Shown here piece after piece: positions 1 to 10,839 of a DNA stretch of 64,000 nucleotides (position 1 is its first letter; every line of letters starts with the position of its first letter). This DNA is from Vulcanimicrobiota bacterium (GTDB lineage Bacteria > Vulcanimicrobiota > Vulcanimicrobiia > Vulcanimicrobiales > Vulcanimicrobiaceae), in contig OY970223.1 in assembly GCA_963714015.1 (NCBI GenBank), positions 3,008,001 through 3,072,000 of the forward strand, written 5' to 3'. The notes beneath the pieces were generated by a model. It searched no databases and was not told where the DNA came from. It saw only the letters and a program-made list of their open reading frames with translations. Made by a program: the position numbers and the translations under genes.

Positions 1-943
1 AGTTGAGAATGCTCGTAAAGTCTGCGTGGTAACGTCCCCAGTTGGAGAAGCTGGCCTCGTACATCATGCCGTCGACGTTGGAGATGACTCCGGTTTCGTC
101 ACTGTTGAGCGGCCACGTAATCGGGTGATTCACCAGAAAGTGGAGATGAGCTTGGTTCAGGTAGCCGCGCACCGTCTGGACCCAGTTGACCAGATCCGCG
201 GTAAACGCCGGATCCGTTTTTGCGTAACCGGTGGAGTAGCGCCGGACGAACGAATTGCCCTCCCAGATGCCGCAGCCGTACCAGCCGTCCGTTTGGTAAT
301 TGTAGCCCGGGTCGCTTTGGCCGAGCAGCGCATTGGGGCCACTCGTATAATTCTCGAAAGTGATGTTGTCGGCGGCCAAGGCGTTATAGCCGTTGGCCTG
401 CATGTATGGGATTTCCATCTGCTGCATTTGATACTGGATGACGGCCGGATTGTGAATGTCCAGCAGCACGTCGGGGAAGCCGTCGTCGCGCGCAACGTAA
501 TGCGTCGGATTATTGTTCTGATCGCACGTGTACAAAATCCAGTCCGGATGGTTTTGCTGCCACCAGGTCAGATCGTGTCCGGAGATCGCGGTATCGTCAT
601 CGAAAGGCATCAGATAGCGCGAGATGATCATGCCGGGATGCGCTTGCTTCCAATAGGACGGACTGAACGTTCCCCATACGGTGTTTTCTTTAGGCGCCTC
701 CTTCAAAATCTGGCTTTCGGTCATGCGCCGATCGAGGACCTGAACCAACCCGAACTTTCCGGTCGTGTTCGGCAGAATAGTCGGACGCGTAGGGGTCGGC
801 GCCGGCTGCGCCATCAAAGCCGCCGCGTTATCGGCGTTTCCTCCGCCGGACGACGGAATTGAAGCGGTTCCGCCTCCCTTTCCGCCGCAAGCCGCAAGAA
901 CGATCGCACCTAAGGCGATTGAAAAGGCAATACGTAAAAACAC
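1..943 (-). CDS. Lipoprotein, putative glycoside-hydrolase-like (partial, runs off window start); paralogue of 954..2441
   Basis: Manual translation from GTG at 943 (GGAGG RBS upstream): MFLRIAFSIALGAIVLAACGG (lipobox LAAC), then QVLDRRMTESQIL...HPDWILY, closely matching the neighbouring ORF; absent from the ORF track. Confidence 0.8.
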   Translation of the reverse strand, partial: MFLRIAFSIALGAIVLAACGGKGGGTASIPSSGGGNADNAAALMAQPAPTPTRPTILPNTTGKFGLVQVLDRRMTESQILKEAPKENTVWGTFSPSYWKQAHPGMIISRYLMPFDDDTAISGHDLTWWQQNHPDWILYTCDQNNNPTHYVARDDGFPDVLLDIHNPAVIQYQMQQMEIPYMQANGYNALAADNITFENYTSGPNALLGQSDPGYNYQTDGWYGCGIWEGNSFVRRYSTGYAKTDPAFTADLVNWVQTVRGYLNQAHLHFLVNHPITWPLNSDETGVISNVDGMMYEASFSNWGRYHADFTSILN

Positions 944-953
944 AAGACCTCCG

Positions 954-2441
954 CTACGAGCAGCCGTTGCCGCTCGTCGTCAAAACATAGCCGTCATCGG
1001 GAGCGACGGTCAGCGGATTCGAAATCGGCCGGCCCTCGATGTCCGTGTATTGGAGTCCGCCTGGAAGGTTGAAGTTCTGCGCCAGCGTGGCGCTATTGTT
1101 TACGACGACCAACCCTCCGCTGAACTGCCGTGCGTACATAGACGCTCCCGGCGTCGTATACGCGCCGCACGGTAAACCCATTCTTGTCGCGTAAACGTTC
1201 AGATAAGAGTAGATGTCGCCGCCCGAGGGTGAGACGTACAGCGACGCACCGCCTTCGTTGGCGAGTTGGTACGACGCCATCGAGAACTCGATTTGCGAGG
1301 GGGTCAGCTTCTGCTCGCACGGGCTTCCACCGTTGAGGCACCAGTAGTCCACGACCAAAAATGCCACGTGGTTCTGCTGCACGTACTCCATGTAGTCGAG
1401 GATACTAGTGAAGTCGGCGTGGTAACGCCCCCAGTTGGAGAAGCTGGCCTCGTACATCATCGCGTCGACGTTCGATATCAGCGCCGTCTCGTTAGAATCG
1501 AGCGGCCACGTTATGGGATGGTTTATGAGAAAGTGCAGGTGGGACTGATTCAAATACGTGCGTACCGTCTGTACCCAGTTAACCAAGTCCGAGATGAATG
1601 CCGGATCCGGTTTCGCGTAACCCATCGTGTACCGCTTGATGAATTGGTTGCCTTCCCAAATACCGCAGCCGTACCAGCCGTCGGTTTGGTAATTGTATCC
1701 CGGATCGCTCTGACCGAGCAGCACGTTGGGGCCGCTGGTGTAGTTTGAGAACGTGACGTTATCCGCCGCCAATGAATTGTAGCCGTTGGCGATCAGATAC
1801 GGAATCTCTACCTGCTGCATCTGATACTGAATGACGGCCGGGTTATGAATGTCCAGCGGAACGTCGGGGAAACCATCCGCGCGCGCGACGTAGTGCGTCG
1901 GATTGCCGTTCTGGTCGCACGTGTACAAGATCCAGTCCGGATGATTCGTCTGCCACCACGACAGATCGTGACCCGATATAGCGTTATCGTCGTCAAACGG
2001 CATCAGGTAGCGCGAGTCGATCATGCCGGCATGGCCTTGATTCCAATACGAGGGGCTGAACGAACCCCAAACGGCGTCCTCGTCGGGCGCCTCTTCAAGA
2101 ATCTGGCTTTCCGTCATGCGCCGATCCAGGACTTGGATGAGACTGTAACGTCCCGTACTGTTCGGCAGAATGGTGTTCGGCGTGGGAGTGGCTGTCGGCA
2201 GCGGCGTGGGCGTCTGCATGGGCGTAGGTGTAACGCCCGGCGTAGGCGTGCTGCCGGGCGACGAAGATGGTTTGCTCGAGGCTTTGGGACTAGCCGAGGG
2301 CCCCGGTCCGCCGCCGCCGTTGTTCGGATTGGGCGGAATGGAAGCCGAACCGCCTCCGCCGCCGCCGCATGCGCTGAGCGCAAATGCGGCTACGGCGATC
2401 CAAATAAAACTGCGCACAAACACAAATAAGCGTAACCGCAT
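954..2441 (-). CDS. Secreted lipoprotein with Pro/Thr linker and putative glycoside-hydrolase-like (TIM barrel) domain
   Basis: 495 aa; lipobox LSAC, PTPT-rich linker, HPDWILY..., SLAADN, AMMYE motifs typical of putative GH barrels. Confidence 0.7.
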   Translation of the reverse strand: MRLRLFVFVRSFIWIAVAAFALSACGGGGGGSASIPPNPNNGGGGPGPSASPKASSKPSSSPGSTPTPGVTPTPMQTPTPLPTATPTPNTILPNSTGRYSLIQVLDRRMTESQILEEAPDEDAVWGSFSPSYWNQGHAGMIDSRYLMPFDDDNAISGHDLSWWQTNHPDWILYTCDQNGNPTHYVARADGFPDVPLDIHNPAVIQYQMQQVEIPYLIANGYNSLAADNVTFSNYTSGPNVLLGQSDPGYNYQTDGWYGCGIWEGNQFIKRYTMGYAKPDPAFISDLVNWVQTVRTYLNQSHLHFLINHPITWPLDSNETALISNVDAMMYEASFSNWGRYHADFTSILDYMEYVQQNHVAFLVVDYWCLNGGSPCEQKLTPSQIEFSMASYQLANEGGASLYVSPSGGDIYSYLNVYATRMGLPCGAYTTPGASMYARQFSGGLVVVNNSATLAQNFNLPGGLQYTDIEGRPISNPLTVAPDDGYVLTTSGNGCS

Positions 2442-2498
2442 GAGGGGTTAGGCGAGAACGGCCGACAAGGGGACCGGCCCAGGGCCTTCTAGGGAACC

Positions 2499-3632
2499 TT
2501 AACTGCGTTCAAAGCTCCAGCGCCGAATGCCGGCCGCCAGCACTTCGTGTTCGAGCGGATGAAGGCGCTCCATGATTTGGGACTCCGCTTCGCCGGGATC
2601 GATCGACAGCGGTCGCCGCGCGAGTACGGGGCCGCGATCCGCATCGAGGGTTACGTGATGGGACGATGCGCCGGCCCAGCGGCTTCCGAACGCAAGAGCG
2701 TCGCGAACGGCATGCGCGCCCCGAAACGCCGGCGTAAAGGACCCGTCGGGAAAGACGACTTCGTCTCGCCGCTGGTCGAGCGGCAGAAACGCGGGATGAA
2801 TATTGATCGTCTCGGGAAACGCGCAAATGAATGCGTCGGCGAGCAGATGCATCCATCCCAGCAGCAGCACCAAATCCGGTTCCTCGCGCCGCACTATCTC
2901 GAGCAAATCCGCGTCGTACTGCCCGCGTGATTGCGACGCTCGATCCCAAGGAAGGGCGACTGCCGGAACGTGCGACGCTCGCGCGCGCTCGATTGCGTAG
3001 GCCGTACTCTTGTTGCTCAGCAGCAGCACCAATTCCAGCGGCAATTGTCCCGACGCGGTGTTGTCTATGACGGATTGAAAGTTGCTGCCTGAGCCCGATG
3101 CCAAGACGGCCGTGCGAAAAGCGCGGCCGGAATGTTTTCGCGGAAAACGCTCGGCGATGCGCGCGCCGGCATGCTCGGTATAATAGCGGACAAGCTGCTC
3201 TTCCCCGACCGCCGGAATCAAGGCGTGCGCATACCCGGCTTCGCGAAGCGCGCACAAGCCGGCGTAGAGCAGATTACGCCCGATGGGTGAACCGCGATAA
3301 CGCTCGGCTACTCCGAACGGCCCAAAGATCCCGACGCCCGGCTGACGTGCGGCACCGCGCAGCCATGCGAACTTCATGCCGCGCGCGTCAATTGTCGCAA
3401 AACCGGCAAAGCCGCGATCCGCACGCGCGATCAAGTTGGTCCCCGCAAAGGCCTCGCTGCTCCAGAAGCCGCCGAAACATTCGTCGATCCACGCTAGGAA
3501 CGAATCTTCGGCCGGCTCGGCGCGTTCGAACGATAAGCCGGCCCCCTCGACGGCGCGAACTGCGCCGGCCAATGCTTGGGCGTCGAATCGATCGGTGCGT
3601 AAGTCGACGATTAGATTGAGGAGATCATGCAC
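2499..3632 (-). CDS. purN: GNAT acetyltransferase domain fused to phosphoribosylglycinamide formyltransferase
   Basis: C-terminal AVLASGSGSNFQ, NIHPAFLP, HHVTLDADRGP (PurN); N-terminal FGPFGVAERYRGSPIG...YY acetyl-CoA motif; overlaps purM stop. Confidence 0.88.
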   Translation of the reverse strand: MHDLLNLIVDLRTDRFDAQALAGAVRAVEGAGLSFERAEPAEDSFLAWIDECFGGFWSSEAFAGTNLIARADRGFAGFATIDARGMKFAWLRGAARQPGVGIFGPFGVAERYRGSPIGRNLLYAGLCALREAGYAHALIPAVGEEQLVRYYTEHAGARIAERFPRKHSGRAFRTAVLASGSGSNFQSVIDNTASGQLPLELVLLLSNKSTAYAIERARASHVPAVALPWDRASQSRGQYDADLLEIVRREEPDLVLLLGWMHLLADAFICAFPETINIHPAFLPLDQRRDEVVFPDGSFTPAFRGAHAVRDALAFGSRWAGASSHHVTLDADRGPVLARRPLSIDPGEAESQIMERLHPLEHEVLAAGIRRWSFERS

Positions 3633-4659
3633 GCGCCGGATGCACCGTCACTTGCGGCTCATCGCCGTTGCGCTGCTCGATCCAGCCGATGATCTTGGCG
3701 TCCGGCACGGCACCGGCCGCTTGCGCCGCTTGCGCGATAGGAACGATGAGTGTGTAGCCGATTCCCATGTTGAACGTACGGTATCGCTCTTCTTGCGTCA
3801 GGTTTCCGCGGCGGCACAGCTCTTGAAAGAGCGGCGGAACTTCCCACCGCGATTGCTCGAAAACCGCTTTCACGTTCGGCGGCAGTGTGCGGGGGACGTT
3901 TTCGATCAGACCGCCGCCCGTGATATGGGCCATCGCTCTGACTTCTGCAACGCGCTGTATCGCGCGAACCGCGCCGTAATATGAAGGATGTTCCGCGAGC
4001 AGCGCTTCACCGAACGTGCCTCCGCCCAGCTTTGCGCCGTATTCCTGCGCGGGGACGAGCTTGCGCGCGAGCGTGTATCCGTTCGTGTGCAAACCTTGCG
4101 CCGCAAGTCCGATCACCGCGTCCCCGGGCTGAACGTTGCGCGGATTCGGCACCTCTTTGGTATCGACGATTCCGACGATCGTTCCGGCCAAATCGAAGTG
4201 GCCCATAGCATACAGGCCCGGCATTTCGGCAGTCTCACCGCCGAGCAGCGCGCAATTGTTCTTGCGGCAAGCCTCAAAACATCCGCGAACGATCTCTTCG
4301 GCAACGGCGGGGTCGAGTTTGCCGACGGCGAGATAGTCGAGAAAGAAAAGCGGCGTCGCGTTGACGACTAAAATGTCGTTGACGCAGTGGTTCACCAAAT
4401 CCGCGCCCACCGAGCCGTAACGCCGCATCTCGGCAGCAATCAGAATCTTGGTTCCGACGCCGTCCGCCGAGCCGACGAGTGCCCGCTGTTCATCACCCGG
4501 AAGCTGGAACAGGCCGCCAAAGCCGCCGATGGCGTCAAGCTGCGCCGGGTGCCGCCAGGCCTTGGCCAGGTCTTTGTAACGGGCGACGGCCTCGTTTCCG
4601 GCCGAAATGTCGACGCCGGCCTCAGCATAGGCGTCGCGACTGCCGGGTTCCCGGCTCAC
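3625..4659 (-). CDS. purM: Phosphoribosylformylglycinamidine cyclo-ligase (AIR synthetase)
   Basis: YAEAGVDI, DGVGTK, LLGGETAEMPG, HITGGG, TFNMGIG; likely GTG start at 4659 within the 3625..5004 ORF. Confidence 0.96.
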   Translation of the reverse strand: MSREPGSRDAYAEAGVDISAGNEAVARYKDLAKAWRHPAQLDAIGGFGGLFQLPGDEQRALVGSADGVGTKILIAAEMRRYGSVGADLVNHCVNDILVVNATPLFFLDYLAVGKLDPAVAEEIVRGCFEACRKNNCALLGGETAEMPGLYAMGHFDLAGTIVGIVDTKEVPNPRNVQPGDAVIGLAAQGLHTNGYTLARKLVPAQEYGAKLGGGTFGEALLAEHPSYYGAVRAIQRVAEVRAMAHITGGGLIENVPRTLPPNVKAVFEQSRWEVPPLFQELCRRGNLTQEERYRTFNMGIGYTLIVPIAQAAQAAGAVPDAKIIGWIEQRNGDEPQVTVHPARA

Positions 4660-4762
4660 CGGCGCCAGCCCCCGCCGGGGTTCGGAGGTTGCAAAGTCGT
4701 CAAAGGACAAAAGACACTTCTCGCCATTGAGGCCCAGAGTTTCTCCAGTCGAAAGGTTGACC

Positions 4763-6306
4763 ATGCAAGTTCGTATCGGCAGCGATGCGCCCGGTTCCGT
4801 TCGTTCGCAAGCGCTGGTGGTGCCGGTGTTTTCTTCCGGCCTCGACGGAGCGGCGCTCACAATCGATACGCAGCTCGAAGGCGCGGTCGGCGAACTGCTG
4901 GCAGCCGGAGAGTTCAAAGGCAAGCTCGCCGAGATTTGTCTGCTGCACGCGCGCGATCGATCGTACAAGCGCGTGGTGCTCGTCGGTTTGGGCGAGGCGG
5001 ACAAATTCGAGCCGTGGATGCTGGCCCGTTACGCCGGTACCGCCGTGCGCTATCTGGGACGGCGCAATGCGCGCGAGATCGCGTTCGCGCTCCCGGCCCA
5101 AGCCAGGGGCTTCGAAGCCGCGGCGGCTTCGTTCATAGTCGAGGGCGCCATTTCGGGAGCGTTCGACACCACGATGTATCAGCAAGAACCTGAAAAGCGA
5201 AGCGGTGCCGACTCGATTGAAATTTTGAGTGAAGGCTTTGATGCCGATGCGCTGCGCGCAGGCGTAACGCGCGGCCGGATTTTGGGTGATGCCGTCAATT
5301 TTGCGCGCCGGATGGCGATTACGCCCGCGAACGACATGACGCCCACGCAACTGGCCGAAGAGGCGACGAGAGCCGCTCGAGACTCCGGCGTGCAAATCGA
5401 GGTTTTCGAAGAAGATCGCTGCCGCCGGGAAGGCATGGGATCGTTCCTCTCCGTCGCGCAGGGCAGCTCGCAGCCTCCCAAATTCATCGTCATGACGTAT
5501 GCCGGCGATCCGTCGAGCAAAGAGCTCTGGCGCTGGTGGGCAAGGGCATTACGTTCGACAGCGGCGGCATCTCGATTAAACCGGCGGATCGCATGGAAGA
5601 GATGAAGTACGACATGTCCGGAGGCGCGGGCGTCATCGCGTCGATGTGTGCGATCGGACAGCTCAAGCCGAAGATCAACGTCGTCGGCATCGTGCCCGCC
5701 ACGGAAAATATGCCCGGCGGCAAGGCAACGAAACCCGGCGACATCTTCAAGGCGATGAACGGCAAAACGATTGAAGTCATCAACACCGACGCGGAAGGCC
5801 GCTTGATTCTGGCCGACGCGCTGTGCTACGCGAATAAGCTCGGCGCGACGAAGATCGTCGACACGGCGACCCTGACCGGCGCGTGCGTCATCGCACTCGG
5901 ACACGCGGCAAGCGCGGCCGTTTCAAACGACGATGCGTTCGCCAATCAGTTTCTCTCCGTTGCAAAATCGACGGGTGAGCGCTACTGGCAGATGCCTCTC
6001 TACGACGACTACGCGAGCGCCATGAAGAGCGACATCGCCGATCTGAAGAACAGCGGCGGCCGCGCCGCCGGAACGCTCACGGCTGCGGCTTTCCTGAAAA
6101 ACTTCGCGGGCGATACGCCTTGGATTCATCTCGACATTGCGGGCACTGCGTATTTGGACAGCGAGTCGGCCTGGCAAGCCAAAGGCCCGACGGGCACACC
6201 GGTTCGCGCGCTGGTCTCACTCGTCGAGCAGCTCAGCGGTTCCAGCGCAATCCACAGCAACGGCGTGAAACCTGCCGCCGTAACGACAACCCCAGTTTCA
6301 TCCTGA
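4763..6306 (+). CDS. pepA: Leucyl aminopeptidase (M17), frameshift near 5528
   Basis: N-half in ORF 4727..5605, C-half in 5536..6306 with GKGITFDSGG, MKYDMSG, NTDAEGRL; single missing base at the junction. Confidence 0.92.
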
Positions 6307-6350
6307 CCGGCGTCGGCGCCAAAGGCGCTTAGCCGTCAGGGTCAGCACGA

Positions 6351-7809
6351 TTAGAACAAAACCCGGGCGCTTCTGCGGATGCGAATTTGCGGAGCGCCTT
6401 TGCCGTTGATCACCGTAACGAAAACCTTCGCCGAACGCGCGTGAGCGTCCGTCACCGTAACGGTGCATTTGCCGGGCAGTACTGGATTCACTTGCACGTC
6501 GTGCGGGAAGCCCTCGATCATCGCCGCGGTGCAATATGCAGTGTTTGAGGAAGTCGCGGTAAAGGGTCCGCTGTTTCCGGTCTCGCCGATGCCGATCAAT
6601 CCGGGCGGGAGCATGTCGCCGTACTTGTCTTTGGTATAAACGTCCACGTCTTGCGATGGGTACACGTGCCATTTTGCCGTAAGGGGAACTTTCTCAACGC
6701 ACGACGCCTTCTTCAGCGTGCAACCGATCCACGGCGTGCCGGTCGAATCGACCGCAATTCCGCCGGCGGCCGGCGTCGCGAGCGGCAAGATCACGATCTC
6801 GCCCGTTACCGTATTATAGATGCCGAGTCCGGCATAGTGAACGTCGTCGAAGTATACGTTCGAACTGCTTGCGGCCAGAGCATATGGTTCGACGCCCACG
6901 GATGGGAGCGGAATGGACATGAAGTTCGGCGTCGCGCTTGCCTGACCGGCGTTGAATGCGCCTTGGCCTTCCCTCTCGTAAAAAGTCGTGCCGGTAAAGA
7001 GCGCGCCGTTGGCACCGCTGACGATGCCTTCGACGCTCGCGTCGGCGCTGGAACCCTGAGGCATCTGCGTGAAGGTGCTGCTTCCGTTTCCGCTGCCGTT
7101 ACTGACGATCCGGAAGACGCCATCGTTCGCCGTGTCGGTCACCCAAATATACGAATCGCTTCCGAGCGTCATGAATTGCGGACTGGGCGGAAACCCCGAA
7201 CCCGGAGACGGCAGCGGATAAACCGAGACTGCATTAGTGCTCTGATCTATCTCGCCGACGACCGGCTGATTTTGACTACCCCACCATAGGCCGCCGTCGG
7301 CGCCGACCGCGATGCCTCCATAGATGCCGTCGCCTAGGATGCCTTGGCCCTTTTTGATTGGAATCGCAATCGACGTGTCAGTCCCATTGATGGCGCTGTA
7401 GCGATCGATCGTCGGATTGCCGGACGCGTTGTTCGCTTCTTCGACCCAGACGCCGCCGGCGGTCATCTGAATGAAACCGGGCCAGTAGGCCACGGTTTGA
7501 TAGCTTTGCGCATGCGTCTTGAAATTGAAGCTGCCGATCTCGCCGGTGTTCGGAATGGGGGACTGCTCGATGTTTGGACTGGTCGAATAATACAGTCTGT
7601 CCATCCGCGCCGATACGCATGTCGCTCAGGTACTGCGTATTCGTTCCGCCGTCGCCGAGCTTGTAGACGTTAGGCGGAGGCGTTCCCGCGCTTTCGACGC
7701 GCTGAAACTCCATGCCGGAAGGCACGAATTGCGCAGGCCGCCCGCTGCACGCCGCCAGGCCCCAAACGCAAACAAACGCCGCCAGAAAACAGAAACGCAT
7801 GCGGAACAT
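6351..7809 (-). CDS. Vgb-like beta-propeller lipoprotein, frameshift near 7600
   Basis: Lipobox LAAC after ATG 7809 (GGGGAG RBS); repeated GxDGxxW blades in ORF 6351..7604. Confidence 0.7.
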
Positions 7810-7916
7810 AAACACTCCCCCAGAGACGGCCCGGCCCTGCACATCAGCCTAACAAACCGTACAGACTATTGACAAGGAGCGCATGACCTAGCCATCCGCT
7901 CGCAGAAAGGCCCAGC

Positions 7917-8765
7917 GTGAGTACCCTCACCCCCAAAGAGCGTCGAACCGCTGATGGCGCGGACGCTCGCCCCTACGTGCCGGAAAAAGCCGCTGTCCGA
8001 CGCATTACCGCAGGGGCAATCAAGCGGCGCAAAGGCCGCACCCTCTTTCCGGTCGTGACGGCTTACGACGCGCCCTTTGCGGAGTTTGCCGAAGCCGCCG
8101 GTATCGACGTGATCTTGGTCGGCGACAGCGTGGGCAATGTCGTCTTGGGCTATGATGAGACGACGCCCGTCACCCTCGAGGACATGATCCATCACGCGCA
8201 AGCCGTATCGCGCGGTACGTCACGCGCACACATTATGGTCGATCTGCCGTTCGGATCGTATCAGATCAGCGACGAGGACGCTATCCGCAGTGCGATTCGC
8301 CTAGTCAAAGAGGGCGGGGCGTGTTCGGTAAAAATGGAAGGCGGACTACAAGCTGCGCAGCGGATTCGCGCAATTTACGGCGCCGGAATTCCGGTCGTAG
8401 GTCACATCGGCGTGATGCCGCAGACCGCCAGTTTGGGCCCCGGCTACAAAGTACGCAGCAATCGCGAACGCTTGATGTCCGACGCCAAGGCCGTCGAAGA
8501 AGCCGGCGCATACGCTGTGGTGCTGGAAGTCATCGATCATCAAGTCGCGCGCGAAATCACGCAGTCGCTAACGATTCCGACGATCGGAATCGGCGCCGGT
8601 CCGCACTGCGATTCGCAGGTGTTGGTTTTACACGACGTGCTGGGGATGTACCCAAGCAGTCCCAGCTTTGCCAAACAATACGGCGACATCGGCGCACAAG
8701 CGACGACCGCCCTGCGCGCTTACGCCGACGACGTCCGTGCCGAAAAATTCCCGCCGTCGTCCTGA
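7917..8765 (+). CDS. panB: 3-methyl-2-oxobutanoate hydroxymethyltransferase
   Basis: TAYDA, ILVGDS, VKMEGG, GHIGVMPQ, TIGIGAG motifs. Confidence 0.96.
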   Translation: MSTLTPKERRTADGADARPYVPEKAAVRRITAGAIKRRKGRTLFPVVTAYDAPFAEFAEAAGIDVILVGDSVGNVVLGYDETTPVTLEDMIHHAQAVSRGTSRAHIMVDLPFGSYQISDEDAIRSAIRLVKEGGACSVKMEGGLQAAQRIRAIYGAGIPVVGHIGVMPQTASLGPGYKVRSNRERLMSDAKAVEEAGAYAVVLEVIDHQVAREITQSLTIPTIGIGAGPHCDSQVLVLHDVLGMYPSSPSFAKQYGDIGAQATTALRAYADDVRAEKFPPSS

Positions 8766-8766
8766 G

Positions 8767-9174
8767 TCAATCGAACCGAATGCCGGCCTTCTGAACTTCC
8801 TGGTAAGGCAGAAGCCAAACCAGCGATTCGTCGTGTAAGTCGACGACTTGGACGCGGTTGCCGAATGGATCGTGAAAGTCGCAGCGGAACCCCGCAATCA
8901 ATGGCAAACCGTATTTCTTCGTGACTTTTTCTCGCACTTCGGCGATTTGCGTCTCGTCGCGAACCATCAGGCCGAAATGCCGCACGCGCGACGGCTCGAC
9001 CTTGTCCACTTCGAACATCGCCAAGAACTGATGCGCTCCCAATTCGAAAAAAGCGTCGCCTTCGCCCCGATCGTTCTTCTTCAAGCCGAACACGTCTTCG
9101 TAAAACGCGACGGCTTTCTCGATGTCGTCGACTTCGATTGCGATGTGATTGATACCATAAACCTTGACGCTCAT
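8767..9174 (-). CDS. VOC/glyoxalase family protein
   Basis: INHIAIEVDDIEKAVAFY, DPFGNRVQ. Confidence 0.88.
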   Translation of the reverse strand: MSVKVYGINHIAIEVDDIEKAVAFYEDVFGLKKNDRGEGDAFFELGAHQFLAMFEVDKVEPSRVRHFGLMVRDETQIAEVREKVTKKYGLPLIAGFRCDFHDPFGNRVQVVDLHDESLVWLLPYQEVQKAGIRFD

Positions 9175-10805
9175 GTTGTGCGCTTGCGGTGTTCCTGACG
9201 CAAGTCCTTTCGGCGAATGGTGAGCAATGCGACGACTGCGCCGGCCGCAATGAACAGCGCCGAGATCTTCATCGTCTGCGCAAAACTCTCAATCCACGCG
9301 CTGCGCGTTTCTCGCGAGATCTCCGGAAATACGGGAAGATTTTTTATGGGTTTTGGCGCAGACGCAAGCCCGGCGCTGCCCGCTTGCGAACCCGCCTGCA
9401 CGACGGCGCGGCTGATTTTCGCCTTTGGAATGGCGGCGCCGTGCGGTGCATGCAACTGCGCGATGCTGCGCTGAACCATGCTGTCATAATGATTGGTCAG
9501 AAAGACGCCCAGGAACGCGATCCCGAACGCCGTGCCGATCTGACGGCAAACGTTGATGATTCCCGATGCCAAGCCGGCGCGCCGTTCTTCAACCGTTCCT
9601 ACCGCGACCGTATTGATAGGCGCGTTAGCAATCCCCAATCCTACGCCGATCAGCACGAAAGGCGCGACCAGAACGGTCCATTGCGCTTGCGTATCGGCAG
9701 GTGAGATGCGCGTCATCAGCAGCATTCCGATAGCACCCAGCGCTAAGCCGGCCGTAATAATCCAGCGCGGCCCAATCTTGTCGGTGTAGCGACCGGCGAT
9801 CGGCGCGCAAAACCCGACGAGAATCGTCATCGGCAACAGGTGGATGCCTGTCTGCAGCGGATCGAAACCGAGCGCGTTTTGCAGGTAAAGCGTAAGAAAG
9901 AAAATGCAGGCAACCAGCGCAGACGCGAGCGCAAATACGGCAATCGCATCTCCCGCAAAGCTGCGGTTCTTGAAGAGCCGGAAGTCGATGATCGGATCGT
10001 CCATTCGCAATTCGGTAAAAATCAGTGCGGCTAATGCGGCCGCCGAGACGATAAACGGCCAAGCAATCTGTAGAAAGGGCGCGCCGCGCAGATTGTCGAG
10101 GCGAATCAAGCCCCAGACGAGCGTAAAGATCGTCACGGAGAGAAGCGCCGTGCCGGCCCAGTCGATGCGATGCCCGCCCTCCTCGTCGCGGCTCTCGTCA
10201 ATCGTGGCGTAGCTCAGCGCTATCGAAAGCAAGCCGATCGGCAGGTTCAAAAAGAATATCGAGGGCCATCCGAATCGTGCGATGAGCAATCCGCCGATGA
10301 GCGGTCCCGACGCCAAGCCCAAGCCGCTCATCGCGCCCCAGAAGCCAATCGCAACACCCTTCTGCTGCCCTTGAAACGCCTGTGACACAATCGCAAGCGA
10401 GACAGGCATCATAATAGCGGCGCCGCAACCTTGAATCGCCCGCGCTGCCAGAAGCGCGTCGATCTTGGGGAGCGATCCGAACTGAAGCATCCCGGAAAGG
10501 CCCGCCAGCGCCGAACCTGCGATAAAAATGGAAAGTCCGATCGTCAAAAAACGGCGGCGGCCGAACATATCGCTCAAGCGGCCGCCGGTGACCAAAATGA
10601 CGGCCAAAGCGAGCGCGTAGGCGTTTACGACCCACTGCAGTTGGTCGAAGCGAGCGTTTAGTTCGCGTTGGAGTGTCGGTAGGGCGACGTTGACGATCGT
10701 AACGTCGAGAAGAGCCATGGTAATCGAGATACAAGCGTTTCCGAGCGTCCACCACTTGCGGCGCTCACCGCATGCGCCGATGGCATTCTGTATCGACTGA
10801 ACCAC
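9171..10805 (-). CDS. MFS DHA2 (EmrB/QacA) efflux transporter
   Basis: LDVTIVNVALP, GRLSDMFGRRR, WPSIFFLNLPIG; about 14 TM segments. Confidence 0.93.
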   Translation of the reverse strand: MVQSIQNAIGACGERRKWWTLGNACISITMALLDVTIVNVALPTLQRELNARFDQLQWVVNAYALALAVILVTGGRLSDMFGRRRFLTIGLSIFIAGSALAGLSGMLQFGSLPKIDALLAARAIQGCGAAIMMPVSLAIVSQAFQGQQKGVAIGFWGAMSGLGLASGPLIGGLLIARFGWPSIFFLNLPIGLLSIALSYATIDESRDEEGGHRIDWAGTALLSVTIFTLVWGLIRLDNLRGAPFLQIAWPFIVSAAALAALIFTELRMDDPIIDFRLFKNRSFAGDAIAVFALASALVACIFFLTLYLQNALGFDPLQTGIHLLPMTILVGFCAPIAGRYTDKIGPRWIITAGLALGAIGMLLMTRISPADTQAQWTVLVAPFVLIGVGLGIANAPINTVAVGTVEERRAGLASGIINVCRQIGTAFGIAFLGVFLTNHYDSMVQRSIAQLHAPHGAAIPKAKISRAVVQAGSQAGSAGLASAPKPIKNLPVFPEISRETRSAWIESFAQTMKISALFIAAGAVVALLTIRRKDLRQEHRKRTT

Positions 10806-10839
10806 GCCAGGGTCTTCCCCTTCCGCGTTGGCGATTAAC

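Noticed and set aside
5515..5540. Programmed frameshifting in pepA (likewise purB, ribH)
   Set aside because: No slippery heptamer or stimulatory structure is evident, and similar breaks occur throughout the window
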